Origin: Naegleria gruberi
Taxonomy: Eukaryota
Length of the DNA stretch: 64,000 nt
Reading direction: 5' to 3' (one strand)
Assembly: GCA_000004985.1 (NCBI GenBank)
Contig: GG738846.1
Positions 53,376 to 64,000 of this stretch are shown here, one piece after another (position 1 is the first letter of the stretch; each line of letters opens with the position of its first letter). Made by a program: the position numbers and the translations under genes. The notes beneath the pieces are model-generated. The model searched no databases and was not told the origin of the DNA. It saw only the letters and a list, made by a program, of their open reading frames with translations.

Positions 53376-53650
53376 TTGTAAATATTTGTAAAAATAAAAA
53401 TTTCAATTTTAAGATTTCAAAAAAGAAAGATTATTAATATTTCACAAGCTGTCTAACAGATTACAATTATAATTATTTGTAAAGAATTATCCAGATGCCA
53501 TTTATGACTTTAAGCTTTCAATTCTGAAATGTTTCAAACTCTTTCCTTTGAAAACCAGAGAAGATTGCTAATTAAAAGAACAGTCCATTAAAAAGAGGGC
53601 AAGAATAAGAATTTTAAATAAAGTGATTTATTTTTACATAGACCCTGAGC

Positions 53651-56600
53651 TTAATTGATGGACCAAGAGAGAATTTCACTTTGATTTTCATCACTTGCAA
53701 TGAAACCTTCATCAATAGAATTAATCATCATTTCACCACATAGTGGACATTCAGAGGATAAGATTTCATCCAACTCTCTCAACTCATCTTGGAGTTGAGA
53801 CAATTCCTTTTGATCGAGGAGACCACTATTGGAACCAGAACTTTGATTACCACTACTACTATTGGCATTCAATAATTCAACTTGTCTATTGTAGAGTCTT
53901 CTCTTTTCCTCTAATTGTTTTAACTTTTCTCTGCCATTTTCAGATTTGGTGTGCTTGATAACCTCTTCGACAAGGGCATCAGCTCTGAAAACATGTTGGC
54001 AAGGGAATAAGTAGAAATCTGTTGTTAAAACAGACTTGGATGAAAGATCACATTTGGCATTGGAAGTAATAAACCCATAACGATGTTTCAACTCCTTAAT
54101 ATCTTCTCTAATCTCACTAGCTGTTTGAGTTGCCAATTGCATATCATTTTTCAACTTTTCAATTTCATTCTTATATTGATCCAATGATTTACAAATTTCT
54201 TCCTTAAAGTCATCAATTCTAGAAAAATCAGGGAAGTATGGTAAAATATCTTCTAATTTGATCTTGTCGGTATAGCTCAAAAATTCAATAGCCTGTTTGA
54301 CACCAGTATTATGGTTAATAACATGCTTTGCAATCTTGAGCCACAACTTTTTCCTATTTTCATCATCATCAGGTTTATCAGCACATTCTCTGGCCAAGTC
54401 AATGTCATCATTTTCCAAGGCGAGATCCACAGCGTCATCAAATAATTGCATAGCACTGTATAATCTAACACATGCCTCTATCTTTTTCTTTTGACTGCAA
54501 ACACGAAGAGCATACTTTGGATCATAGAAATTATTTTCACCTTCTGTATCCAGGAAGGTCAAGAGTTTTTCATCATCATCTAAATCAGCATACAATGTTA
54601 AAAGTAAATTGTGGATAGCTGGATCTTCATTCTCTTGTTTCTTGATACACCACTCCAAGTATCTAATGACGTGATTTTGTTGATCATTTGTCAAGAGTGA
54701 GGAAAATTGTTGATTTTCGTTGAGTTTTTGTGTAATTTTGGCATTATCATCATCTTCGTCGAGAGATTCAGTCAGGGCATCTTCATCATCATCTTCTGGA
54801 GACTTCTTTTTAGTATAGCTTGACAACATGGAATTGTTACTGGAGAGAGCTGTAGTGATATTAAGGTTGTTAGTTAGAGTATGGAAAGTGCTATTGAGAG
54901 TGATTGGTGGTAGACTACCAGTATTATTCATAGAGGCTTGTTGATGGGAAATGTATCTCATCAGCGCAGGGATTAATTTACCAGAATCCAAGAAACGTTT
55001 TTGTGTCAATGTATTGACAGTTTCCTTTGGTAAATGTTGCATTAATATTGGAGAAAACTTGTAAAAGTAATCTTCGTACGCTCTTGTTGTACAAAACTTG
55101 TTAAGAATTTCTAAAGCTTCACTATACTCCTTTTCAGTAATACAGTGGCTAATAACTCTTTCATAATCTTCAATAAGCATGGCATAGTACAAAACTTCTT
55201 CTGTTTGGCCGTGACTGGTAATCAATCTGAATGTTGTTTCCTTGTTTAAGTATTTCTTGTTATCTTCGAGGAACTTTCTAAACTCATTCTTAATGACTGT
55301 ATATTGTTCTTCAAAGCTCACTTGATTAGAGCTTGTAATGTCACGTGTTTGTTGAGATTGAAGTGAAACCAAATCATACAATTCGTTAATCTTATCCAAA
55401 TACATTTCTGTTAACCAGGTACACAAACAACATAATTGTGTTGCATCTTGATTTTCTGTTTTGATATTCTTTTTAAGAGATTGTAATTTGGCCAAAACAT
55501 AGATACGTAAAGCATCTTTTTGACCCTTGTTATGGAAAGCTATGGAAACTTGTTCAAAACTCTTGGACGTCATGGCATAAATGTTGGCAGCATCATTGAA
55601 TCTACCAACTTTGAAGAAATAGTCAGCCTTTGCAGATAATACAATATCTTTTGTTTTTGGATCTTGTTTACATAATTTGAAGGCAACATCAAAATAGGAT
55701 TCCTTAGAAGATTTAGGATCCAAAGCTTGTTCCAAGTACAATTTCCAAACATCTCTTTCCTCATCCTCTATCAAAATTCTCCAAACACTTGAATTACTAT
55801 ACAAATAAATGAATCTATTGGAAGTATCTGTACACATTCCAATCAATTCACCACATGTTCCAACTGGGAAGGTTTTTTGATAGACAACCCTAATGTCTGA
55901 CAAGGAGATTTCGCCAACATTTGTAAGGGAAGCCATGAAGAGATTTAAATTATTACTACTTCCAGTAATGTTTGAATTATCAGTGGTGCCATATCCAAAG
56001 AATTTATCAATGCCTTGAATACCCTGTTGATTAGTTTGATTGTCATTCATTGGATCAACCAATAATGAGCTTAACATCATTGGGTTAACGCTACTAGCAG
56101 TACATAGACCTGGTGGTTGCATTAAAATTTGTAACTTTTCAGGATACAATACAAACATGTGGAATTCGCTAATAGCAATTGAAATAACTTGAGATGAACT
56201 CTTATTATCATATTGAATTACTTCGCTCTCAGTTATAATACTTGTGCCACTTTGTCTAGATTGAGGATTTGCAAAGTTCAAAACACCATGATAAACACCA
56301 GCATTACTGAGCCATGCAAATGATTCTTGATCAGTGAGAGAGGATGAATCCTTTTTGAATAAGTGCAATTCACTATTTGGTAACATGTCACTTCTCTTTG
56401 CAGGCAATTCCTTATATTTTAACAAATCAAATGATTGTTTGTATGAAGCAAATACATCTTGAAGAGTAGGACCTCCAATAAATTCGAACATTCTCAATCT
56501 TGTAGAAACAAGAACCAAATAGGTGTTGAATGAATTCTTAGTCTTTGGGAAGTGTTCAATTTCAATTCCTGTAATTGGTCCAGTACTGACCAACATGTCG

Positions 56601-57403
56601 CAATCGTTAAAGTCGAAAAGTAATTTCAATGAGTTTTTAACTGGATCTTTCAAATCATCATAGAGAATACATTCGAAAATCTTACTGTCATTAGTACCCA
56701 ATAAAATAGTTCCAGTTTCTTCTCTATTACATTGTTCTGCATCCCATCCAATACTTTCAATTATCATATTTTTCAATTTGGCAACCAATTTTGGGTTCTT
56801 GTTATATTGTGTGTTAAAATAATAGTTATCACCATTGGTCATTGATATCAAAACGTGGAAACCAGATGGATCAATGAAGCACTTGTGTATTTTTTCATCA
56901 TCATCATCATCATTGTGGGATAATCTAAATTCTCTATATCTTTCAAAATCATCATCAACATAGATACAAGTATTTTGATTTGTGGCCAATAATAAATTTC
57001 CTTTTGATGCGCGAACATGAGTGAAAGATTTAGAAAATTCAAACTTGATTTCTTCAACTTCAAATCTATCTTGTCCCATATTTTGTTGTTGTAATAAATC
57101 GGAAGGTAAAGTTTCACCATCGTGTTTGTTACTGGAGGCCAAACCTTCGTTTTCATCATCGTTATCTTCATCACTATCAATTCCATTTAAATTATAAGCT
57201 GATGATAATAATGTTGATGTATCATTGGTTTTTTTGTTGTTAGTTAAATTGGATGAGCTGTTTGTTTTATCACCAGCTGTAGTAAAATCCTTTGTTGTTG
57301 AAAAACCCAATTTCTTGTTGGTTGTTTGTCTGGATGAAAAACCACCCAATCCAACATCCCAATCACCACCATTTAACAAATCCTCTTCATCATGGGGAAG
57401 CAT
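53651..57403 (-). CDS. vps18: VPS18 (HOPS/CORVET core subunit, Pep3/deep-orange family), 1250 aa
   Basis: C-terminal RING-like FPCQHVF..., followed by ..ECPLCGEMMINSIDEGFI...SWSIN, which parallels the VPS18 C-terminal motif (ECxxCGExMIxSIDxPFI..SW). N-terminal beta-propeller-like region. Clathrin-heavy-chain-repeat-like middle. ATG verified at 57401-57403. Confidence 0.75.
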   Translation of the reverse strand: MLPHDEEDLLNGGDWDVGLGGFSSRQTTNKKLGFSTTKDFTTAGDKTNSSSNLTNNKKTNDTSTLLSSAYNLNGIDSDEDNDDENEGLASSNKHDGETLPSDLLQQQNMGQDRFEVEEIKFEFSKSFTHVRASKGNLLLATNQNTCIYVDDDFERYREFRLSHNDDDDDEKIHKCFIDPSGFHVLISMTNGDNYYFNTQYNKNPKLVAKLKNMIIESIGWDAEQCNREETGTILLGTNDSKIFECILYDDLKDPVKNSLKLLFDFNDCDMLVSTGPITGIEIEHFPKTKNSFNTYLVLVSTRLRMFEFIGGPTLQDVFASYKQSFDLLKYKELPAKRSDMLPNSELHLFKKDSSSLTDQESFAWLSNAGVYHGVLNFANPQSRQSGTSIITESEVIQYDNKSSSQVISIAISEFHMFVLYPEKLQILMQPPGLCTASSVNPMMLSSLLVDPMNDNQTNQQGIQGIDKFFGYGTTDNSNITGSSNNLNLFMASLTNVGEISLSDIRVVYQKTFPVGTCGELIGMCTDTSNRFIYLYSNSSVWRILIEDEERDVWKLYLEQALDPKSSKESYFDVAFKLCKQDPKTKDIVLSAKADYFFKVGRFNDAANIYAMTSKSFEQVSIAFHNKGQKDALRIYVLAKLQSLKKNIKTENQDATQLCCLCTWLTEMYLDKINELYDLVSLQSQQTRDITSSNQVSFEEQYTVIKNEFRKFLEDNKKYLNKETTFRLITSHGQTEEVLYYAMLIEDYERVISHCITEKEYSEALEILNKFCTTRAYEDYFYKFSPILMQHLPKETVNTLTQKRFLDSGKLIPALMRYISHQQASMNNTGSLPPITLNSTFHTLTNNLNITTALSSNNSMLSSYTKKKSPEDDDEDALTESLDEDDDNAKITQKLNENQQFSSLLTNDQQNHVIRYLEWCIKKQENEDPAIHNLLLTLYADLDDDEKLLTFLDTEGENNFYDPKYALRVCSQKKKIEACVRLYSAMQLFDDAVDLALENDDIDLARECADKPDDDENRKKLWLKIAKHVINHNTGVKQAIEFLSYTDKIKLEDILPYFPDFSRIDDFKEEICKSLDQYKNEIEKLKNDMQLATQTASEIREDIKELKHRYGFITSNAKCDLSSKSVLTTDFYLFPCQHVFRADALVEEVIKHTKSENGREKLKQLEEKRRLYNRQVELLNANSSSGNQSSGSNSGLLDQKELSQLQDELRELDEILSSECPLCGEMMINSIDEGFIASDENQSEILSWSIN

Positions 57404-57563
57404 TTTTTGAATCTAGATTTTTCTTCCTCGCGTTGTTGGGTGGGGTTTGATATTTTTTATTAATAATGTTGAGGCAAAATACAGTGATTTCTCAGCACAA
57501 AGAGCGACCACTACACATTCAATACCAAATATTGTTGCTAAGGCAGTTTGAAATATCAAATAA

Positions 57564-58928
57564 TTATTGTTTATTATTTGCTTGTTCCTTCTTCTTTTTA
57601 ATATCTCGTTTCTTCTTTTGAAGTGTGGAACGAACCTGGAATACATTCTCAATAGCTTGCTTGAAAATATCAAAGTTATAATTAATGAGTCCAACCTTTT
57701 CATAACTGTCCTTTGTTAATAGGCAAACCAAAGCCAAATACTTATTGACCTCTCGTAAATATAATACTGTTCCATTATTGAGTTTAATGACAGCTCCTGT
57801 TTCTTCATCATAGGCACTGCTTGATCCCTCATTTCCATTAATTCTATTTCCATAAATACAACTTATATCAATGACAACATCAATCATATCACTACACAAC
57901 TCATAGGTAGTATTATCAACAGGTGTTGCATCTGTGGCAATATAAATTTTAGAAACAACATCGAAAAGGAAGGCCTTTTCTAATCTGGAATTTGTAACGA
58001 GCATATCCAACAAGTTTTCCAATGTTGGTAATTGTGGAATTAATTTTTGAATAACCTTACTGAAAGCTTCAAAAATAGAGTGATCATAAATACTTGTCAT
58101 GTGGAATCTAATCTTGACATTTGGTGGTACTTTAACTTCGGAATCATTCAATTCATCATTAAGTCTTTGTTGAATATCTTGTTGGATTTGAATTTTGTGA
58201 TCATCACTAATACCGTCCATTTTGTGAATAAAAATCTCAAAAGCAATTTGATCATTGACTTTGCTTGCCTCTTGAATGGTTTCAGCCAATTTGCTAATAC
58301 TGTCCAAGTAATTGTCTTGAGCATCAACAACATATACTATGGCTCCACAACCACTGAAAATTAATTCACATTCAAAATTTTGTGTATCTCCAAATAAATC
58401 AATTTGTCCAGGGAAGTCCCAAATTTGAAATTGTACAAAGGTATTATTCGAAATATCATTCTTTACAATTTTGTTAGTTGATTCCAAGAATAAAGTTTCG
58501 TGTGGCGACATTTTCTGGAAGACAACTTTTTGAATACTTGATTTACCACTTCTTCTTAAACCCATGAGCAAGATACGAGGTTTATCATCATCGAGAGAAT
58601 TATTATTTTGTGCTATGGACTTTCTGAGACTTGAACTTAATTTTTGCTCATTGGCCATATTAGCACCAACCCCAACACTACCAATAACAACATGATTATT
58701 TAGACCGGAATCTTGTTTTCGGTTTGGTGTTGTTGGATTTCTTTGTTGTTTATCTAAATTATCGCCCACATTTGGCGGTTGAGAATAACTTCCAACAAAA
58801 TCTTCATCATCACCATAACCATAGTCATCTCCAGTAAAATTTATATTTTGATCATAGTCTTGATCCATATCATCGTCATATCTTTCATCAATTTCATCCG
58901 ATAAATCAAAATTGAATTGGTGAGCCAT
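57564..58928 (-). CDS. ragC: Rag-family GTPase, RagC/D (Gtr2) type, with a ~145-aa acidic N-terminal extension
   Basis: [21 protein letters not shown] (RagC-type P-loop), DFPGQ switch II, HKMD (NKxD variant). Start MAHQFNFDL at ~58926-58928; the longer track ORF is a spurious 5' extension. Confidence 0.75.
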   Translation of the reverse strand: MAHQFNFDLSDEIDERYDDDMDQDYDQNINFTGDDYGYGDDEDFVGSYSQPPNVGDNLDKQQRNPTTPNRKQDSGLNNHVVIGSVGVGANMANEQKLSSSLRKSIAQNNNSLDDDKPRILLMGLRRSGKSSIQKVVFQKMSPHETLFLESTNKIVKNDISNNTFVQFQIWDFPGQIDLFGDTQNFECELIFSGCGAIVYVVDAQDNYLDSISKLAETIQEASKVNDQIAFEIFIHKMDGISDDHKIQIQQDIQQRLNDELNDSEVKVPPNVKIRFHMTSIYDHSIFEAFSKVIQKLIPQLPTLENLLDMLVTNSRLEKAFLFDVVSKIYIATDATPVDNTTYELCSDMIDVVIDISCIYGNRINGNEGSSSAYDEETGAVIKLNNGTVLYLREVNKYLALVCLLTKDSYEKVGLINYNFDIFKQAIENVFQVRSTLQKKKRDIKKKKEQANNKQ

Positions 58929-59111
58929 TTTTTTAAATTTATTAATTATTAATAAAAAAAATTGCCAATGACAATTATTGCATTGTGATATGAAATTCTT
59001 CATAATAAAATGTGTGGAGATGCGGGGGTAAAAGGGGGAATGAAGAAGGAATATAAGAATAGGGTGCTATTAAAACTGAAGCAAAGAAGACTTGCAAAGT
59101 AAAAAACTTAG

Positions 59112-59184
59112 TGGAGATGCGGGGTATCGATCCCCGTACCTCTTCCATGCTAAAGAAGCGCTCTACCATGTGAGCTACATCCCC
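59112..59184 (-). tRNA. tRNA-Ala (AGC), identical to the copy at 28154-28226, opposite strand
   Basis: Reverse complement is a 73/73 match to the plus-strand tRNA-Ala. Confidence 0.85.
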
Positions 59185-59397
59185 TTACATAAACAGTTTT
59201 CGAAGTAAATAATCAATATTTAAAGAACCAGATTCCTTTTCCTCCAGTTCTTTGTTCTTAAATTGCATCCTTAAACGATTTTATAAAGAAATTCGATTCA
59301 ATTTTTCAATCTAATTTTCGACGACTTTATCCAACTAAAAGGAAATTCGATAGAACCGCACTAATGATGTCCACAACAATTCACAAGTCCAAAAAAA

Positions 59398-61149
59398 ATG
59401 ATTCATCCATCGGCTGCCACCTCTGGATTAGTAAACAGAAAAAAACTTGATGAAGAACCCATCATTAATTTACAAACATCAAATCAATTCATTCACAATG
59501 AACAACAATTTACACAAAAATCAATTTCCAATTATTTAATTATTTTCAGCATTATTATTAATATTTTACTTTTTTATTTTCTATTTATTGTCTTTCCGAG
59601 GAGGATAACATCCATTGGTGATGGCTATAATTTACCAAATACTAAATGGAATGAAGTAACATTTCTACATCAGCACATTCGATCATCACCATCATTTCCA
59701 AAATCATTTAACATTCATGATTTGATAGCAATCTTGCTGACCAATAAGGAAACTACTGTTGGATCCTATCAATGGTATAAAAATCAATTGGAACAGTTTA
59801 GTTTGTTGGGTACTACTAAATTTAAAGATAGAGTCATGACTAGGTTTGGATTTGATACAGAGAGAATAACTTCGCCAAATATGTTTAATTATTTTAGGAC
59901 ATTTAGTGTAAAGGATAATTGTAAATATCAACACTCATGTCAAATATATCCTTTCAATGATGCCATACGTGAATTTAATATGGGTAATCAATTGGATGCT
60001 GTACTGTATTATTACCATGAGCCTTACAAGTACATTTCTAAACCACTTCACAGTGAAAAGAAAGTTATTGGTTCTCTTTGGCAGAGTTTAACAAATTTTG
60101 ATTTGGAACATGTTTCATCAATGGAAGGTTTACAACAATTATCTGCCAAAATTGATGATTTGAATGGTGAAAATGTTTGGAGAGGAATGAGAACTCTTTC
60201 AATTTATATGAATAGTGAAGCACTTGTAGAGGAAAGATTATCAAACAAGATTCAACTTGTCAATGATAAGGATTCCATGCAAAGATTTTCTAATTCTCAT
60301 ATAGATATTACTTCTTGTTTTATGAAGAATTGTACAGTATGGATTAACTATTTGTATCAACCAATTGATTTAGACTCTCCAAAATTTGCATCTAAAAATC
60401 CAACCCACTCATCCATTTGTGCATTCATTTCCAATTGTATTGCTGGTGGTCAATTGCCACTAAGAAGACTTTTACTGCTTCGTAAATTAGGTCAATATGT
60501 TCCAGTGCGGCAATATGGAAAATGTTTTAACAATGCACAAGAAGGTCCAGGGGGAAAGGCCTTTGAATTGGAAAATAATTGTAAATTCTATTTTGCCATG
60601 GAAAATTCACTCGTACCAGATTACATTACTGAAAAATTCTTTGAAGGAATGAAAGCTCTTGAAAAGGGTGCTAAAATTCTAATGATCTACAAGGGTGCAC
60701 CAAATATTCACTCCTTCAATTTCCCAAAATCCATGTACATTAACATTGATGACTATGAGTCAGTGGATGAGTTGGGCAAGTATTTGAAATTTTTAAATGA
60801 TAATCCAGTAGAGTTTGAAAAGAGATTTGCTCAAATTACTAAAAGTGATAGAATACAAGCTAATAAGGCAATTGATGAGTTGAATTACAAATTAGGTAAT
60901 ACTATTCCTTGCAGATTTTGTAAATCTATTGGGCAAGTTAAATTGGCTAGATACCTTTTATTCAAAATTGGTCTAGTTCCAAAATATTATAAGGTAAACT
61001 TTGATGAATGGAAAGAATTCAGGTCTAAATTTAATTATTTAGGTGAGGAAAGGTTGGCAATTTTGGATTCCATTTATCAAATGGCTTATGCAAATCTATT
61101 TTGTCCTGAAAATTTCAGAAATGAGTTTAATCTTGGATTTCAATATTGA
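59398..61149 (+). CDS. Alpha-1,3-fucosyltransferase (GT10 family), type II membrane protein
   Basis: N-terminal signal-anchor LIIFSIIINILLFYFLFIVF. GT10 motifs CAFISNCIAGGQLPLRRLLLL...YGKC and KFYFAMENSLVPDYITEKFFEG (compare FYLAFENS..DYVTEKFW). AAAAATG start. Confidence 0.7.
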   Translation: MIHPSAATSGLVNRKKLDEEPIINLQTSNQFIHNEQQFTQKSISNYLIIFSIIINILLFYFLFIVFPRRITSIGDGYNLPNTKWNEVTFLHQHIRSSPSFPKSFNIHDLIAILLTNKETTVGSYQWYKNQLEQFSLLGTTKFKDRVMTRFGFDTERITSPNMFNYFRTFSVKDNCKYQHSCQIYPFNDAIREFNMGNQLDAVLYYYHEPYKYISKPLHSEKKVIGSLWQSLTNFDLEHVSSMEGLQQLSAKIDDLNGENVWRGMRTLSIYMNSEALVEERLSNKIQLVNDKDSMQRFSNSHIDITSCFMKNCTVWINYLYQPIDLDSPKFASKNPTHSSICAFISNCIAGGQLPLRRLLLLRKLGQYVPVRQYGKCFNNAQEGPGGKAFELENNCKFYFAMENSLVPDYITEKFFEGMKALEKGAKILMIYKGAPNIHSFNFPKSMYINIDDYESVDELGKYLKFLNDNPVEFEKRFAQITKSDRIQANKAIDELNYKLGNTIPCRFCKSIGQVKLARYLLFKIGLVPKYYKVNFDEWKEFRSKFNYLGEERLAILDSIYQMAYANLFCPENFRNEFNLGFQY

Positions 61150-61243
61150 TTCTTTTGCTCCTAATTCATTCCACCATTGAGTTTTTTGCTCCTAATTCAT
61201 TTTTCGAGAATTGTGATATGACAGTGTTGTTATTAAAATAATA

Positions 61244-62005
61244 TTACAGGATTGGTTTTGAAGTGAATTGATCACAAAAACCATTCAACTTTTTGAGTAA
61301 GTCAGTTTGTTTCTTTTTCTTTTGTTTCTCCTTCTTATTTTCCAAATACTTCCTATAAAACTCATAGTATTCCTCTTCATATTTTGAAAGAATGGGCGAA
61401 ATTTTGTTTGTAGGAGTTTGTTCAGACTCTTTCTTGGTCTTTTTTAAAATAAATTGATTCAGAAAATCTCTAATAATCTTGAAAATTCGAAATTGTTTCA
61501 CCACATTTCTTCCATAAATTACCAAGGTAAATAATAATCCTAATATGAAATATATTAATAAATTAATTTTAAATTTGAGATTGCTTTGATTTTTAAAAAA
61601 GCCAACCAATGGATTATATAAATTAATGGATGCTTCATTCATTCTATTAAATGATGATTTATAACTCATGGTATTGTTATTTAATTCTTCTCCGAATTGA
61701 TTTGAAAATACTTGATTCCTTTCCGTTTGTTGTGAATTGTGTAATTTGTAAAATGATGACGGATAGGAAGTGTAAACATTACTATTAAAGTTATTGGTGT
61801 TATTATTATTGAATAAGTTGTTGTTGTTATAATTATTGTTGAAGGGAGATGAAGAATTTGTGACAGAGTTATATCCACCCATATCTCCTCTACTCATTAA
61901 ATTATTATTATTATTAAAATTTGTATCCTGATAAAAATCATTCCGAGAATAGGGCAATGATGATGGATTGAACATTTTTTTAATTTTTATTTCTAAATAA
62001 TCCAA
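61244..62005 (-). CDS. Hypothetical N-rich protein with one TM (253 aa)
   Basis: ORF with TM LLIYFILGLLFTLVIYG, an N/Y-rich N-terminal half and a K-rich C-terminus. Confidence 0.4.
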   Translation of the reverse strand: MDYLEIKIKKMFNPSSLPYSRNDFYQDTNFNNNNNLMSRGDMGGYNSVTNSSSPFNNNYNNNNLFNNNNTNNFNSNVYTSYPSSFYKLHNSQQTERNQVFSNQFGEELNNNTMSYKSSFNRMNEASINLYNPLVGFFKNQSNLKFKINLLIYFILGLLFTLVIYGRNVVKQFRIFKIIRDFLNQFILKKTKKESEQTPTNKISPILSKYEEEYYEFYRKYLENKKEKQKKKKQTDLLKKLNGFCDQFTSKPIL

Positions 62006-62044
62006 TAATTTGTATTCATTTCGAATAAATTGAATATTGATTAA

Positions 62045-63793
62045 TTATTGAGAACCTGGATATTTGCATGGGAGACTAGTTGGAGTGACATAACCAGCAG
62101 AACTAAACTTGATTGGTGGAAGAGGAATTGGAATACCATTATCATTACCAGCAAGACCAAATTCCATTTCAACAGAGAATGCAGTCCATCCCTTAGCTGG
62201 ATTTGGAACAAAAACATTGTAAGACCATGGATCATCAGGTGTGGTGGATCTGATAACGGTTGGTTCAAAGCTTTTACCTGTTTCAGTAATACGGAAATCT
62301 CTTGCCTTTTCATTGGTAGAAGCCCACAATGTTACTCTGAATGGAGTAACACCATTGAGAATTCTGATTTGAACATAGGCACCTTCTGGAGCATAGTTAT
62401 GAGAGAATGTATAGGTTGGAAGAGTAATGTTATAGAGAGTGGCAAATGAGAAGGTCAAAATGGTTTCCCAAATATCAGATCCAGCCATAGAGTGGCCAAC
62501 ATTAGGAATGTATCTTATTCTGTTGTCACATTAAAGTGGTAAGGTTGTAATAATTTCAAATTATTGAGATTATTGAAAAAATTAAATGAAACAAACCTTT
62601 TGAGATCATCACTACCAGGCAATTGTGGATAACTGTACAATGCCAAATCCTTTTTAAAATTAATTATTAAAATAAAATTATTGAAAACTTACAGGCCAGA
62701 AGAAGATATCTCCCAAACCATTGATAATAAACTTATTAATATTGGCATAACGTTCCTTATAAACGAGAGGATCAATAATTTGAGTCAATTGAGCAAATTC
62801 CTTAGTTTCCAAAAGATTCATAACACCTTGATCAGTGTAAGCCTCTGTATATATTATTTCACACCATTTTAAACATCCAAGTATGATTAATGAAAAAAAA
62901 TAAGCATTCATAAAGATATAAAATCCCAAAAAAAACATACCCATAGATTGTGGCCAAGAACAGAGAGAATTATAAACATGTTCCAAAATTTGTTTAAAGT
63001 TCAAAACTTGAATGACAATTGGAATAATTGTCTTGACTCTCTTATCAGTGGCAGCAACCAACCAAGTAGTCCAACCTCTCTTGGAACCACCCAAAACAGT
63101 AAAGTTTTCAATGAATTGACCACTTTTAACACCCATAATGGAATTAATAAAACTTTGCATAGAATCCATAGCAAGTTTAGCAGATTTAGCCATTGGTAAT
63201 TGAATAATCCAATCAGAGGCTGCTGAACCATCCTTTGTGTTATTCAAGAAATGTCTCCAAGTGAAAGCAGTAATTTCATCCTCAGTTCTACTTTGTTTAG
63301 CTGGATCACTTGCAAAGACAATTGGTTGATTAGGAATTTGAGTCAAATCAGCAATAATAGAACGTGTAACACTAGCCACCAATACAAGGTCATTGACATC
63401 ATTTGAATCAGGAATTGGTCTAATGTTATCACCACCATTGATCAAAAGGGAAGCTGTTCTCAAATTCTTATTTAAATTCTTTGGAACAACAACAGTAAGA
63501 GCATGTGTCCATATGGAACGAATTCCAACTTCTGATGGTGTTAAATAGGCTAAACTAGTCATATTCAAAATATAAATTGTTGCAGCAGGATTTTCAGTTT
63601 GAGAGGCGAGTTTATATCCATAGACTGGATCGGGAGTAGCCATGTACTTGTCGAGAATGGTATTTCCATCCTTGAAATTATTAGAAGAAGGTGGTCTATT
63701 CATGAGTGCAGCCATTGTTGTTGTTGTCATTGTCATCATTATCATGCAAAGCAGTAATACTGCTGATGATGATTTAAAATTAATTGATAAAAT
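62045..63793 (-). CDS. PhoPQ-activated pathogenicity-related protein family (PqaA-like; large dictyostelid family), secreted. About 3 exons: 62699-63793, about 62587-62642, 62045-62517.
   Basis: Signal-peptide-like MILSINFKSSSAVLLLCMIMM.... Family-typical segments FTVLGGSKRGWTTWLVAATDKRV and TEAYTDQGVMNLLETKEFAQLTQIIDPLVYKERY. Introns gtaagtttt... and gtttgtttc... keep frame into the terminal exon MAGSDIWETIL.... Confidence 0.6.
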
Positions 63794-64000
63794 CATCGCG
63801 GGATCTATTGTTGGTTTTATAATATTGTTATTGTTGTTGATCAAAATTATTGATGATAAACGGAAGAAGCACACAGAGTTGTTGCTGTTGTTTTTTCAAA
63901 AAAGAGAGAGAATCAAATGGACCACTGTGTGGTGTGTGTGTTTCTCTCATTGATGCCTTAATATCCAAGTTGGAAAAAACCCTACCCCACACATTAAGAA

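Noticed and set aside
57413-57703. 96-aa minus ORF overlapping the RagC 3' end, and the 63642-63953 plus ORF overlapping the PhoPQ-like gene start
   Set aside because: Overlap better-supported genes in other frames. No features.
1-64000. Assigning the window to Dictyostelium discoideum itself and giving D. discoideum gene symbols
   Set aside because: Intergenic AT content is lower and introns shorter than I would expect for D. discoideum, and 50-N gaps suggest a draft assembly of another dictyostelid. Symbols were given only for unambiguous orthology classes (vps18, ragC).

Overview
AT-rich (~70% AT), gene-dense, intron-containing eukaryotic nuclear DNA. Evidence for a dictyostelid social amoeba: start contexts of the AAAAATG type; short AT-rich GTAAGT/GTATGT...AG introns of about 40-140 nt; N/S/T/Q low-complexity tracts in proteins; discoidin-like and PhoPQ-related gene families. 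I do not claim D. discoideum specifically, because intergenic DNA here is much less AT-extreme and the window carries two 50-N scaffold gaps (14132-14181, 15624-15673). I see about 45 protein-coding genes on both strands, most with 0-3 short introns. Products with good sequence support include a GPI ethanolamine-phosphate transferase, profilin, a gamma-tubulin complex component, acetyl-CoA acetyltransferase (thiolase), biotin-protein ligase, an SNF2 ATPase, a multifunctional fatty-acid-oxidation enzyme, a PMCA-type Ca-ATPase, a UBC6-type E2, VPS18, RagC, a GT10 fucosyltransferase and Cwc24/RNF113. There are two identical tRNA-Ala(AGC) genes in inverted orientation about 31 kb apart. No rRNA, CRISPR, transposon or viral signatures were found. 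Most noteworthy, each detailed in findings with its basis: (1) a PAS-PAS-class III nucleotidyl cyclase whose transition-state Asn/Arg are replaced. (2) An F-box ORF that is splice-compatible and in frame with a downstream atypical Rho GTPase (catalytic Gln to Ser). (3) A receptor-like Ser/Thr kinase with an NHL-repeat plus EGF-like ectodomain. (4) An intron-containing rubrerythrin-like diiron protein with a mitochondrial-type presequence. (5) A near-identical ~0.8 kb segmental duplication bounded by assembly gaps that creates a truncated paralog. (6) An orphan 904-aa P-loop protein. (7) Recurrent palindromic E2F-like TTTGGCGCCAAA motifs at promoters. The supplied ORF track uses bacterial start codons (TTG/GTG translated as M), so several track N-termini are artefactual; I corrected starts where I could verify an ATG. 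Coordinates are hand-counted and may be off by a few nt.
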